Shown: positions 26,817-40,513 of the stretch, one piece after another | Numbering within the stretch: position 1 is the first letter of the stretch | How the letters are laid out: each line of letters begins with the position of its first letter | Source of the DNA: Octopus vulgaris | Lineage: Eukaryota | DNA length: 64,000 bases | Assembly: GCA_951406725.2 (NCBI GenBank) | Contig: OX597826.1 | Coordinates: 43,090,001 to 43,154,000, forward strand | Direction of reading: 5' to 3' | Position numbers and translations under genes: made by a program | The notes under the pieces: generated by a model | The model's database searches: none | What the model was told of the DNA's origin: nothing | Seen by the model: the letters and a program-made list of their open reading frames with translations, nothing else

Positions 26817-28896
26817 ATACATGTACAAAGACTGTACATATGCTGGTATGACGAAAAACAATTAATATAGTCTAGTATCTATTTATAGTTAAATAGTTTG
26901 AAGGGGCCTGGAAAACCAGGTTAGAGTCACTTTCATGAGGCAAAAAAAAAAAAAAAAAAAAATTATACACACACACAAATTATACACATGAATTCATGGA
27001 CCGAGTTTGTTGGGTAGCTATTCCAATTTCATGCAGAAAGACATAGTAATGGAATTAGAGGCGGGGATTCTTTTCAGAACTATAACACCCGTTGTATGAA
27101 ACTTAGGGATAAAAAAAAAACAAAAAAACTAAGCCTAATTCTGTGCTTTTTTTCCCGTTCCCTGTGGGTCAGGGAAAAAAAGTTACATTTACCCTTGTTT
27201 CTTTCTTCTAGTTGCACATTTTATCTCACAATCTCTTCCATACAACACAGACAGGGCCTTTCCCCTCAATTTCTCTTACCCCATCGTCCGAAACATTTTC
27301 AGTCGCTTCCCTTTCTGAAGTCGACCGTTGTAAAATACCATCATATACTGTTTGTGTTGTCATGGTGAAAATGTTGCCAATAAACATCTCTTGTAAGGAA
27401 AGCGATATATATTAAATATCTTCTAATATTATGATGGCCCCTTTTACAGTTTCTTCCTATTCTAACCCCCGACGACAGCGTCGTATAAGTTCCCCTACCT
27501 TATCCCAATAAACCCTGGTGAAAGCCAAGCTTCTGTCGCCCTCTTACTCATTTCTTCATAATATCCTTCTCTCCCCTTCTCTCTGACATTTTCTTAAATA
27601 ATTCTCTTTCACCTGACCGTATTGATAATAGTCTAAGCAAGTCAATTCATTATTTGACACAAAAATTCAAGCTTAATCCACGTTGCTGTAGGTTGTTGTT
27701 TGGTCGAACTTAACACATCACCCCCCACAAGAAAAAAAAGCAAAAAAAAAATATTAAGTAACATATATAGAGTTAGTCGTGGTATCTAAAAGATACTCAC
27801 GGATAGGTTTTAGTTACTGAAATAAACCTAACACCTAGTCGAATGTCGAAATGAAAAAAGGGGTAGTGAGGAGGTAAGAGAAATAAATAAATTAGAGATT
27901 GTCACAGGGTGAAGGATTTGCCAAACCAGATGATAATGCGTTCATGTCAAGAACAGACATGTTCTAAGGAGTTTTTAACCCCGTTGACACTGATCCTGAC
28001 CTGAGCTGTTCGAGGTTTTTACAGACAAATAGACGCTGTGTTTTAGACTAGTCAATAAATGAAAAAGCTCTTGTTTTGATTCCAAACGAGAGGAATGTAA
28101 TTAGTCGATGGTCAGAGAAAGCAATATTATACATCAATGGTGAGAGAGATGGGGAGAGAGAGGCGGTTACAAGAAAGAAAAAGGAGAAAATTATTGTGGT
28201 TCCAAGTTCAGTACCACTGCGTGACACCGAGAGCAGTTGTCTTCTACTATAGCCCCGGGCCGTGCAAAGCCTTTAAGTGGATTCGGTAGGCAAGCCTGTT
28301 GTGCGTGTGTGAATAAATGTGTTTGTGACCATCGCTTGATAACCAGCGTTGGTTTGTTTATGCTTCCATATCTTGGCAGTTCGACAAACGTCACTGATAA
28401 TTAATAAGTACCAAATTTCAGTAAAATATAAATACTGGTGCTCTAGTAAGACCGCAGTCCAATGATAAGTAAAATGGTATCTTTATTACGATCACGATGA
28501 TCTTATATAGAATGACCGCTCGGTTCAAAGTCTCGGCCTTGCTTTTTGCTTTTTGAGCAAAAAAATTAACTTAACTTAGGACAAATAAAAGACAAAAATG
28601 TTACATGAGTTCGAATGATTTAAATATTTAAAATTTACTTAAAAAGTATTTTATATACCGATTAAATTTTCCTTTAACTAGAACTTTTTTAAAAATAAAA
28701 CTAAATCAAAGAAAGAAAAACGAACAAAAAGGTTAAAAGATCGAACCCGGCAGCCTATAAAGAGTCCAGCAACGATCTTTTCCTTTCATCAATGATACGT
28801 AAAATGTGGGGGGAGAAAAAAAAAAAAAAAGTAACTGTTTGCAATATAGGACACAAGGCCTCGAAATTTCAACGGGGGAGTGACGGTTAGTCGATA

Positions 28897-29130
28897 AGGC
28901 GGCGAGCTGGCAGAAACGTTGGCACGCCGGGCGAAATGTATAACCGTATTTCGTCTGCCGTTACGTTCTTGAGTTCAAATTCCGCCGAGGTCGACTTAGC
29001 CTTTCATCCTTTCGGGGTCGATAAATTAAGTACAAGTTACGCACTGGGGTCAATGTAATCGACTTGATCCGTTTGTCTGTCCTTGTTTGTCCCCTCTGTG
29101 TTAAGCCCCTTGTGGGTTAGTAAAGAAATA
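28897..29130 (+). mobile_element. Young family B SINE with 12-bp TSD
   Basis: TSD ggttagtcgata at 28885-28896 and 29131-29142. Confidence 0.9.
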
Positions 29131-30003
29131 GGTTAGTCGATATCGCATACCCTAGCACTTGACTGGTACAGGTACATAAACGACCGATTTTCTTAACTCC
29201 TTTAATCCAGATAAATTATAGGAAGGGACTTGAAATTCCCCTGGTCGTCAGTCTAATTAATTGCACTACCACAGATAACATTGTGGTGTTTATACATATA
29301 TTATTTACTCTGCACTCGTTAGTGGACATACCAAAATTTTGAGATATAGATATTTACTATTTAGTTTAAAGTTACCCTAGCAATTTTTCGGTGAAAATAT
29401 ATGACATAGTTTTTCATCTGCTCGAGAGAGCTAAACAGATACACTCACACATACACTCACAAAAAATGCGGATTATATTCGAGGATTTACGTTATATCTT
29501 TTTGGTGTTAATATAATTCACAACGCCTGTTGGGTATGACACTGTATTGTTTCCAAGCAAGGAAATCCTTGCCACTGCCAGACAGGACTTTGCGGAATAC
29601 TGGAAATAAATGACATTCATTTATGACAGTCAAGCGATGTCAAGACAAGAAGACACCTACATGATAATAATGAAAATTTCTGATACAGGCAGGCACAAGA
29701 CTAACAAATTTACGAGGAGTGGGGTTACTTGATTACATCGACTCCAGTACATAACTGGTACTTTGATCGATCCAAAAACGATAAAATAAAAAAAAGTTCA
29801 CGTCGGCGGGATTTGAACTTAGAGTTTAAAAGTCGAAACAAATACCACAAAGCACTTTTCCCAATGCTTTAATGATTCTGCCAGCTCGCCATAATGATGC
29901 TGATGACGACGATGACAATGATGAGGCGAAAACTAATGGTTGCCTTATCCTGTCCGACCCAGAAGGGAGGGTCTGAAATATTTATGGGCGGTGCCAATCT
30001 TCG

Positions 30004-30063
<60 letters not shown>

Positions 30064-30330
30064 ACGTGTACAAATATCAAAATCTGCCAAACATTACTTG
30101 AAGGAGCACTTAATTCATTTGAGTAGATTATCACAAACACACATACATACACAGCTGCACGGAAACTTCGAAGTTACTGTCGACCTTTTTTTTCCTCGTA
30201 AAAAAAAAACAAAAAAAAAAAAAACGAAAACCGAAAACAAAACACAACGCTAAACCTAATTATGTATCCTATGGAGTATGTGCCGCCATGTGTATATGTG
30301 CGTGCACGTACGTGTATGTATGTATATTAC

Positions 30331-30383
<53 letters not shown>

Positions 30384-31873
30384 CTGCGTCGAGCTGTTGG
30401 CAACAAATTGATTGAGCGTCGGAACTGAAAAAACAGAATCACTCTTAGGCGTCATGGAGTGAATGGTGCTCTATCTTACTCGCCTTTCAATTCAATGCGG
30501 GGAGGAAACGCAAAGACGGTGATAAGACATCAATTAACTTGGATGACCTTCTATTTAAAACTCAGGAAGAAGGAGTATTTGCCCTCCGTTGTTGGTTGGC
30601 TTCAAGAAGGAGGAACGAAGCGGGTGAGTCTCAAGAGTAAACAGGTGCCTTACGCTCTAATCTATAATGTGATACAAACACATAAAGCATAAACATACAC
30701 ACACACACACATTTGTGAGTGTATATACATGCATATACATGTGTGTGTGTGTATATAAATATATATACGCACTCACTCAGCATATATGTACGCGCGAGTG
30801 TATGTATTAAACACACACACACATCTATATATGTGTTTAGAAGTGAGTAAGTGTGTGTGTGTGTGTGTGTGTATGAGAGAGAGTGTGTGTGTGTGTGTGT
30901 GTATGAGAGAGTGTGTGTGTGAGTGTGTGTGTGTGAGAGTGTGTGTGTGTGAGAGTGTGTGAGTGAGAGTGTGTGTGTGAGAGAGAGTGTGTGTGTGTGT
31001 GCGCGTCAGTATGAACGGAGAACGTTGAGCGAAGTTTATGAAGGGACCCTAATGAAATCAGAAAGAAGTGAACAGCGGGTGGTTATTTGTTTATTTATTT
31101 CAAATAAAAATAATAAAAAAGTCCAAAAAAACAAAACAAAAAACGATGGAAATTTCCAGATGACAAAAGTAACCTCCATTACCACCACCATCACCACCAA
31201 TGTCTCCCGCTCCGATAAAATGATGTGCTTCTTTAATAGACAATCGTTTTTGTTTGCTGTATCCGATTTCAGCCCATCATAGTTAAAAAAAAAGGAAAGA
31301 AAAGAAACGTGGGGTTGTTAGCGATAGCAACCCGTGGGGGTCACAGATTCCGAGTTCATCAGTAAATACACTTAAATCAACATTTCTGTTGGCCATAAAT
31401 AAAATTTTTTTTTTTTAAAACCTCTCTCCATAGCTTCTCAGTCATTGCTTTTTGAGCGAGAAAAAAAAAACTGGTTGACACACACACAACGGACACGTAT
31501 GACCTGCAAATGAATTTAAGTTCATATGTGTTAACTTTTTATGGACTGCTTATTAGTGATAGAGCGTGGCTCAGTCGTTAAGGGTGTTGCATTCATGATA
31601 GCAAGAACGTAGTTTCGATTCCAGGACCAGCTGGTGCGTTATGTTCTTGAACAAAGCACTTCGTTTCACGTTGTACAGACAACGTAGACTTGAGAGCAGG
31701 AGTGAGCTTAATACGCAGCTCAAACATTTGATCACTATAAACAAATCATCAGTGAGGGATGTTCAACGAGAAATTGCGAAACCCTCACCTGTTCTTTACG
31801 ACAGGAGAGACGACCGCCATTACTGAATTCAGAATATTTATTTACTATTGTATAATTATTTATCTTTTGTATA

Positions 31874-32379
31874 TCTATATATATAAAACTCTAGTTGTGT
31901 GAGTGTCTGTCCCCTTCGATTTAGATTCCTAACTCCTCCCACATTTTGCGGTGCAGTTTAACCAAATTCGGGTATCTTATAGTCGTGATTCATATCGAGC
32001 CCGTCTGACTATTAGCGCGCGTCAACGATGAGTCTACGATTTTAAAAATAATTTAACATCATTTTTTATTTCATTTTAATGCATAAAATGCATCGTATGT
32101 CGATGGCGGCGGAGTTGGCGTCCACGCTCACAGCTGCACCTGTTTGCTTCTCCCCCTTCCCTCCCTCGTGAAGCTGTGGGGAAGGGAGTGTAAAGAAATC
32201 AACGTCGTAATGCGTTGTGAAGGAAACCAGCGTTCTTTTAGAACAACGACTTCATGGCTTGAAGACACCAAAACAAAAATGGCTAAGAAAGCCCGAATTT
32301 ATAAGGGAAGTAACTCTCTAAAAATGCTTATATAGTTATTTCCCTTACAAACCCGAGCAACGCCGGGCGATACTGCTAG
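31874..32379 (+). mobile_element. Complete non-autonomous Helitron
   Basis: A|TCtatatatataaaa 5' end, subterminal hairpin cccgagcaacgccggg, CTAG|T 3' end, no TSD. Confidence 0.85.
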
Positions 32380-32704
32380 TGTATTATAGGACCTTAGCAT
32401 CTTCAGAAATTCAACTGTATCTTTATTTTTTTTAATCCCTGTAAAGTTTATTATTCAATTCATCGTTTCAATACCGAACGCTTTAAGCTCATGTCTAGCG
32501 TTTCTTTAAGAAAAACATCGAGAACAAATTCCATATCCCCTTTTCTCTCTCACGCCCGTTCTCTCCATCTGTATTGTTGAAGCTATTAACACTATACAAA
32601 TTTACATTAAAATATTCATTTATGTACCATCCTTAACATATACATCATTGACAGGCACGTTGCTGTGGGTTTCGTTTGAGAGAAAAATTTCTTCACAGAC
32701 ATGA

Positions 32705-32921
32705 CGTGTTAAAACACATGTCGGAATAAAACGAACATCGTCTCAGCAGTGATCCATGAAAAAGCTTGATGCATTTCAGCTTCTTTGAGCCTTGTACTCG
32801 CTAAAGTATGTCCCCTACGATATAGAGGAAATAATGGATAATTTATTTCACTGATATTGCGGAAAGCCGTCCGGCTAAATAAAAACTCTGTGTACGCAAA
32901 TGACACAGAATTTGTTTTCCC
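32705..32921 (-). pseudogene. Dynein-like exon remnant, AAA2 lid
   Basis: SFAY, frameshift, then VFI*PDGFPQYQ*NKL; resembles DNHD1-type FALIWGFGAHLPSRFWPIF with both Trp positions as stops. Confidence 0.4.
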
Positions 32922-32929
32922 CTAGAAAG

Positions 32930-33330
32930 TTTCAAACAAGGTGAGAAGTCTCTTGATGCAAGAGACTATGTTGAAAGAGAAATTAAGATGAAAGGAATGA
33001 ATTTACTTTAGACTTGAAAGAGTTGAGGTCATAAGGAGCGGGGAAAACAAACGAAATGACAGTGAGTTTCAAAGTCTGGCAGTTCGAGGAAAAAAGCTAC
33101 GACCACAGAAAGACTTCCTTATTCGTAGAAGTACAATATTTGGATGAAGACGCAGTGAGGCGAGATGGCATAAAGTGATTTGGAACTAGGAGAGACAGTT
33201 CATCAGAACACTTCCTGTGGTAATGAAGATACAGAATACTAAGAGTAGCGACGTCACGTCGATGTGGCAAGGGTTGCAGAATTGAAGCAAGAGAGGGACC
33301 AATCAAATCAGAGACTCGCTTCTAAACCCT
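32930..33330 (-). mobile_element. LINE ORF2 C-terminal fragment (CR1/Jockey-group-like)
   Basis: LQPLPHRRDVATLSILYLHYHRKCSDELSLLVP followed by an FFPRTARL*NSL-like motif. Confidence 0.7.
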
Positions 33331-34779
33331 TTCAACAAGAGAAAGGAACAAAAAAACGTAGGGTTGGATTTATCCTCGATATTTTTGGCTTAAAGAAACA
33401 CTAATCATAAGCTTAAAACGTTGTGTTGAAACGTTGAGTCAGAAATTTTATGGGGATAAAAAAAAAAATAAAGATATGGGAGAAATGACAGAAGATGCAA
33501 AGCCATTTTATGTAGCATATTTAGCGTATATACAACGTTCACAGGCATGATGCTGTAGTTTTTATCAGAGAGAAAAATCTCTTTATAGACATTATAGACA
33601 TGCTGCCATTCATTAAAGCAATAAATACAAGAGATTAAAGCTAGTGATTAGCTTCTGCGTGAAAAGTGCAACTCCAGCGGAAAGCTGTCTTAAATCAGTC
33701 TGTAATTAAGAAATGCTGACCTAGTACGATTAATTAATGTAATGAAGCAAGCGTCTAAAGGGGATTTCATCAGCTACAGCAGAGAAGTAAGTAGGATTAC
33801 AGTAAATAATGAATTTTAGCATACGTTGAGGTTGCTTATCCCTCGGTTAATACTGACTGAACAGACAGATATTTGATCACAGTTATTCCCACCTGATCAA
33901 GCCGACCTATGATCTTAAGTTATTCTAACCGTGCCTATCAAGTCTCTTTTACTTGTTTCAGTCATTTGACTGTGGCCATGATGGAGCACCACCTTTAGTC
34001 GAGCAAATCGACCCCGGGACTTATTCTTTGTAAGCCCAGCACTTATTCTATCGTTCTCTTTTGCCGAACCGCTAAGTTACGGGGACGTAAACACACCAGC
34101 ATCGGTTGTCAAGCGATGTTGGCGGGACAAACAGACACACAAACATATATACACATATATATATATATACATACATATATACGACAGGCTTCTTTCAGTT
34201 TCCGTCTACCAAATCCACTCACAAGGCTTTGGTCGGCCCGAGGCTATAGTAGAAGACACTTGCCTCAAGGTGCCACGCAGTAGAACTGAACCCGGAACCA
34301 TGTGGTTGGTAAGCAAGCTACTTACCACACAGCCACTTTAACCGTTTTTTGTTATATTTCCGTTGAAATATAGTCTTTGTTTCAATAAAATTTGAAAATA
34401 ATGGTGAATTATTAAGATATTGTTATTAAGCTGGTTTTTTAAATGTAAATTAATGTGGATTCTGGTGGATTTTAATGAAACAGGGAATTTATACTATAGG
34501 ACTTAGGGGCTGTCTCAGGTACGTTGATACCAAAAAGTTGAAGGCATAACTGATTAGGAGGTCTAGGCCTCTACACACAGACACAGCAAGCCCACAGACA
34601 TTTAGACATTCTTGATGCCACCTGAGCCAGTCCGTCCGCTAAAGGTTAAATAGGTCCAGTGCTTTGAGAGTAAACTCGGGGAGGCCAGGAGACTAGTATA
34701 GTAAATAAAATAAACCGGCATTAGACAACAGGATACTACTGAAAAAAAAACATGAAACACCAGACTGGCATAAATGGCC

Positions 34780-34890
34780 ATGATCGCTGACGCCGGAAGT
34801 CATGGCGCACAAGAGGAACGACATAAAAAAAACAAAGAAATGAAAGATGACTTCAAAAAAGGGATTACCGGAAGTAACTTCCGTGGGTTC
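34780..34890. promoter_or_regulatory. Candidate housekeeping-type promoter (ETS/GABP + YY1-like motifs)
   Basis: CCGGAAGT at 34793-34800 abutting CATGGCG; palindromic CGGAAGTAACTTCCG at 34869-34883; CpG-retaining surroundings. Confidence 0.55.
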
Positions 34891-35230
34891 TGGTTAAATT
34901 CTTATTTCAAAGCCGAAAATTCGTTTTCAACTGCTAAATATATTTTAACGTTTAAAACAAAAAGTAATTGAAGATATTTTTAGTTTACATTAAAATTTAG
35001 CTATTTAAAGCTACGTACGTACGTACTGTTTGTTTCTGTTTTGTTTTTATTTTGAAGTGTTTGCAATAGATCAAATAAAAATGTTCTTAAAGAATATAAT
35101 TGAAGTTTTTCAAACAGAAAACATTTTGCAAAATTTAGCTTTAACTTCATTGTAAACATTAAAGAAAAGTGTGGTATAGAGGGCATAAGCCAACTTTTGT
35201 AATATATATATATATATATACACACACACG

Positions 35231-35282
<52 letters not shown>

Positions 35283-35689
35283 CACACGCACAAAAGCACA
35301 CATATAATGTGTGTGTATAGGTTAGATAGAACAGGAGAAATAGAACTCAATACCTGGCCTTTTTATTTTATGTTTTAATTATTCGCATTTCAAAAACGTT
35401 CTACCGATTAGTAAGTACACATATGTGTGTGTTTAGAAGTGGTAAATATTCGTCCGTTTATTGGACACAAGGGCTAACAAAAATCATATATACAATAAGG
35501 AAAGGCTACACGCACACACGTAAAATCTTACAACATACTGGTTTTATTCTCTTTGGTGAAATTTATTGAAAACATTATTCTTTTCTAATTTTTTTTTTAT
35601 TTGTTGTCGGGACAGACGACCGGCCGCAGACTCCACGAATACTAGTGTAAATTGACTTGTGAATCTATGTGTACAGACGGAGAAAGAGA

Positions 35690-36275
35690 GAGACATGAAT
35701 CCTAGGGAAGACGGTGGACAATACAGACAGACGGAAAAAGGTGGTAGGGGAAGGGAAGGGAAGTGGAAAGGCGGGATGGGATGTGTGCGAGGTGTTGTGG
35801 GGGTGTTAAAGTGAAGGGAGCAATGAACGAGAAAGGGGAAAAAATGTAGTGGACGAAAGGGGGGGAGCCCCGGAGTGGGAAAGGACTGAAAATCGAGTGA
35901 GACAGAGCGGGGAGGTGGAATTGAGAATGAGAGCGAGATTAAGATTAGGGGTTAAAGTGAAGAAGGTAAGAGGGATAAGGAGGTGAGAGCGAGAGAAAAA
36001 GAGAGGAGTAGGGGAGGTGAGAGCGAGTGAAAAAGAAGGGTAGAGGTATAGGGAGGAGAGAAAGAAGTAGAGAAAAGGTAGGAGGATAGGGAAGCGAGAG
36101 AGAAAGAGGGGTACATAGAGAGAAAGAAACCAGCGGATAGAGTAATAGAAGGAGGGAAATAAAACGACAGGGAGGAAGGGAGAGAATGAGAGAGAAAGGG
36201 AGAGAGGGAGGAAGGGAGGGAGAGAGTGAGGGAGAAAGAGAGTGAGGGAGGAAGGGAGAGAGTGAGGGAGATAGT
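35690..36275. repeat. Polypurine (GA-rich) low-complexity tract
   Basis: About 580 bp of mostly G/A on the + strand. Confidence 0.85.
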
Positions 36276-36713
36276 TATATAGGTAGCCAAGGAAACCGAA
36301 CGAAGTAGCTGGGACGGCAGAAAAATCCTGCTTAAAACCTGTTATGCCAGACCCCGTCAAACATTTCACACCCGCAAAGTAACAAGCCTAGCCATTAATT
36401 GATGAATGACAAAGTGGTTGAATTTTTTTTTTCTTTTTCGTATCTTCAATATAAAACCGAATAAAACAAATATTTCAATAGAAATATGGTAGGTAGAGAG
36501 TTTAAAAGAGAAGTTAGCTATTAAATTCTTAACGGTTTAAAAATAAATATCAGAACGACCAACACATCTCTGTTCTTCCAAGTGGTTGCTGGTGTCTCTC
36601 GCCCCTCCCCCCTTTTTAATGTTCCTTCGTTTTCTTTAGACTTTTCATTAGAAAAGATTTGTCAAGCTCTGCTAACACCTTCCTCCAGACTATGTGTTGT
36701 ATATAACGTATAT

Positions 36714-37560
36714 ACTCTTTTACTTGTTTCAGTCATTTGACTGCGGCCATGCTGGAGCATCACCTTTAGTCGAGCAAATCGACCCCGGGACTTATTCTTT
36801 GTAAGTCTAGTACTTATTCTATCGGACCCCTTTTTGCCGAACCGCTAAGTAACGGGGACGTAAACACACCAGCATCGGTTGTCAAGCAATGCTAGGGGGA
36901 CAAACACAGACACACAAATATACATATATATATACGACAGGCTTCTTTCAGTTTCCGTCTACCAAATCCACTCAAGGCATTGGTCGGCCCGGGGCTATAG
37001 CAGAAGACACTTGCCCAAGATGCCACGCAGTGGGACTGAACCCGGATCCATGTGGTTGGTTAGCAGGCTACTTACCACACAGCCACTCCTGTGCCTATAT
37101 TGACTTCAAATTTTGGCACAATGGCCAGCTAGTTCGGGGAAGTGGGTAAGTCGATTACATCGACTGTGCAGTGTTCAACTAGTACTTATTTGATCGACCT
37201 CGAAAGGATTGAACGGCAACAAAAATACCACGGCTGAATTTGAAAGCAGAATGTGAAGAAGGACAAAATGTCGCTAAGCATTTCGCCCGGCGTGTTAACG
37301 ATTCGTGCGTGTGCGTGCGTGCGCACAGAAGTTGAAAACTGTATAGTCTTTTTTTTTTTACTCTTTTTACTTGTTTCAGTCATTTGACTGCGGCCATGCT
37401 GGAGCACCGCCTTTAGTCGAGCAAATCGATCCCAGGACTTATTCTTTGTAAGCCTAGTACTTATTCTATCGGTCCCTTTTGCCGAACCGCTAGGTTACGG
37501 GGACGTAAACACACCAGCATCGGTTGTCAAGCGATGTTGGGGGGACAAACAGACACACAA

Positions 37561-37611
<51 letters not shown>

Positions 37612-38302
37612 CGACGGGCTTCTTTCAGTTTCCGCCTACCATATCCACTCACAAAGCTTTGGTCGTCTTGAGGGTGTAGCAGAAGACACTTGCCCAAGGT
37701 GCCACGCGGTGGGACTGATCCCGGAACCATGTGGATGGCAAGCAATGTATATGTTTGTGTGTCTGTGTTTATACCCCCCCCCCATCGCTTGACAACCGAT
37801 GGGAGGGGGGTTGATTTGCGGTGCTCCAGCATGGCCCGCAGTCAAATGACTGAAACAAGTAAAAGAATAGATAGTTTCTAGTACCTGTCTGAGTTTATTA
37901 TAGAAAGAAAGATAGGCGCAGGAGTGGCTGTGTGGTAAGTAGCTTGTTTGCCAACCACATGGTTCCGGGTTCAGTCCCACTGCGTGGCATCTTGGGCAAG
38001 TGTCTTCTGCTATAGCCACGGGCCGACCAATGCCTTGTGAGTGGATTTGGTAGACGGAAACTGAAAGAAGCCTGTCGTATATATGTATATATATATATAT
38101 GTGTGTGTGTCTGTGTTTGTCCCCCTAGCATTGCTTGACAACCGATGCTGGTGTGTTTACGTCCCCGTCACTTAGCGGTTCAGCAAAAGAGACTGATAGA
38201 ATAAGTACTGGGCTTACAAAGAATAAGTCCCGGGGTTGATTTGCTCGACTAAAGGTGGTGCTCCAGCATGGCCGCAGTCAAATGACTGAAACAAGTAAAA
38301 GA
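36714..38302. mobile_element. Cluster of family A SINEs: 36714-37098 (-), 37360-37745 (-), 37750-37867 (+, partial), 37913-38302 (+)
   Basis: Near-identical copies in opposite orientations. Further + copies at 39515-39894, 42353-42779 and 52111-52499. Confidence 0.9.
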
Positions 38303-38905
38303 GAAAAGAGAAAGAGATAGATAAGGAAGGAGGGAGAGATAGAGAGAAAGAGAGTGAGAAACAGACAGACAGACAGAAGAGAATATATATATAACTGTTC
38401 ATGAATGTGAAATAGGAATGAGTGTCGGATGCCAGGCTACCAACCAGGCTGCAAGCTTTAAAGTTATGGGACAAGCACACTGATAAGAGTTTTAAGGACA
38501 ATACTTCAACACTTCACCCTCCTCAACCACCCCTTTTCATACAGGCCTACCACTGACACTTGCGGCTAAAAATAATGCACCTGAATGACTCAAGTTCATA
38601 TGTGTGTGCACGTGTGTGTGTGTGTGTGTGTGTGAAGCTTAAAATAATGCAGGTGACTGAATGGAAGATTAGAGTATGAATACGGTAGGTGTTCGGTTCA
38701 GGTCAACGGTTAAGTTGGCTCATGAACATCTGGAAATAAGGTTTGAAAAAAACAGAAAGAGAGAGAGAGAAAGAAAGAAAACTCCTTGTTCTCTGAAGGG
38801 AGACATCAACTAATTACTTTACAGTGGAGAGATGATAATAATTATAAAGCATAAATAATACTCTTAAATACTTCTTTCATCAATTCATACAGAACAATAA
38901 ATAAA

Positions 38906-39215
38906 TCTCTCTATATATAAAGCTGAAGTTGTCTGTCTGTGTATGGCAGGTTTGGTAGCCTTCAACTAACACTATTTCCTCGGAGACCCTGCGGTGCAAG
39001 TTGACCAAAATTGAGAGTATGATAGAAGAAGGCTTGCTCTTCCTTCTGTAGAAGAAAAAATTCAAATCGGACCATGTTTACACCAAAAATTATTTGCATC
39101 AAAAAGGTGCTTTTTTTTTTCTATGAAAATCCCTGCTTTTTACGATTTTTTTTACTGCTGTGCCGCCATTTTTCGGTGTATTTCAACCAGGAAAATGTTC
39201 ACTTAAAGAGAATAA
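38906..39215 (+). mobile_element. Probable Helitron 5' fragment
   Basis: A|TCtctctatatataaa start; gcggtgcaagttgaccaaa is similar to gcggtgcagtttaaccaaa in the 31874 element; no CTAG end seen. Confidence 0.5.
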
Positions 39216-39234
39216 CAACAACAACAACAACAAC

Positions 39235-39362
39235 CCATGGTTGGAATTTATAAATATTTTAATGCATTGCTATGTTGTTTCCATAAATCAAAAGTTTTTT
39301 AAGGCTGATTTGTAGGAATGTGTGTAGAGATGCATTAAAATATTTATAAATCCAATCCATGG
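39235..39362. repeat. Palindromic MITE-like hairpin
   Basis: ccatggttggaatttataaatattttaatgcat ... atgcattaaaatatttataaatccaatccatgg. Confidence 0.8.
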
Positions 39363-39902
39363 ATCATTATCATTGCTATATTTATCCTACATTATATCAG
39401 TACAGCTTGGTATGAGACCAAAAATCTGGTATTGTCAGTTGGTGTGTCACTAGTTTGTAGCTGGCATAATAAAATAGGAGCTTTTAAATGCATATTCAAA
39501 ATGTTTCCCCGTAAGGAGATGTGGCAAGTAGCTTGCTTACAAACCACATGGTTCCGGGATCAGTCCCACTGCATCGCACCTAGGGCAAGTGTCTTCTACT
39601 ATAGCCTCGGGCTGACCAAAACCTTTTGAGTGGATTTGGTAGACAGAAACTGAAAAGAAGCTCGTCGTATATATATATGTGTGTGTTTGTGTGTCTGTGT
39701 TTGTCCCCCAACATCGCTTGACAACTGATGCTGGTGTGTTTACGTCACCGTAACTTAGTGGTTCGGCTAAAGAGACCGATAGAATAAGTACTAGGCTTAC
39801 AAAGAATAAGTCCTGGGGTCGATTTGCTCAATTAAAGGTGGTGCTCCAGCATGGCCACAGTCAAATGACTGAAACAAGTGAAAGAGTAAAAGAGTATATA
39901 AA

Positions 39903-39961
<59 letters not shown>

Positions 39962-40159
39962 ATACATCTATCTATATATACCTATATATAATTATCTATT
40001 TGTGTGAGTATATGTATGTATCTATCAATATATATATATATATAAAGTGAGAGAGATTAGTGGTAACATATATGCACACACACACACACTAACTCATTTA
40101 TTTGACTTGGGGGTATTACTGAGAACAGAAGTGTCAACTGTCCTAAAGCCTAGTTACCT

Positions 40160-40335
40160 ATTATAATAATAGAGGAGGGTCTGATCAATTTCCCAGCAAC
40201 AAATGAAAATACCTACTTTAGCTCCCTACAGAATTAGTTGGCCTAGTAGTAGAATTAAGTACTTAGATATGTTATCCTAATGGCCAGCTAACAATTTGTG
40301 CTTGCACCCACAGCTGTTTGTAGTAATATGTGTTT
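40160..40335 (-). pseudogene. Possible dynein-like exon remnant, end of AAA2
   Basis: ITTNSCG and AQIVSWP in different frames resemble ATVSRCG...P.V.SW. Confidence 0.25.
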
Positions 40336-40513
40336 CTAAGGTGAGATTAAAAGTGTAGACATTTATGTTGGTAACCAAATCAGAGGACTGTAGAACTGAC
40401 TTCATTTTAAACCTGCCAAGAGTACAGATGTTTGTTTTCTTTTTGAACTATGTGGTTTTGGGGGTTCAGTGCTATTGTGTGGCTCCTCGGATGAATTTCT
40501 ATTACTATAGCCT

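Noticed and set aside
35806-36369. 187-aa Leu/Ser/Pro/Phe ORF
   Set aside because: Reverse translation of a polypurine tract
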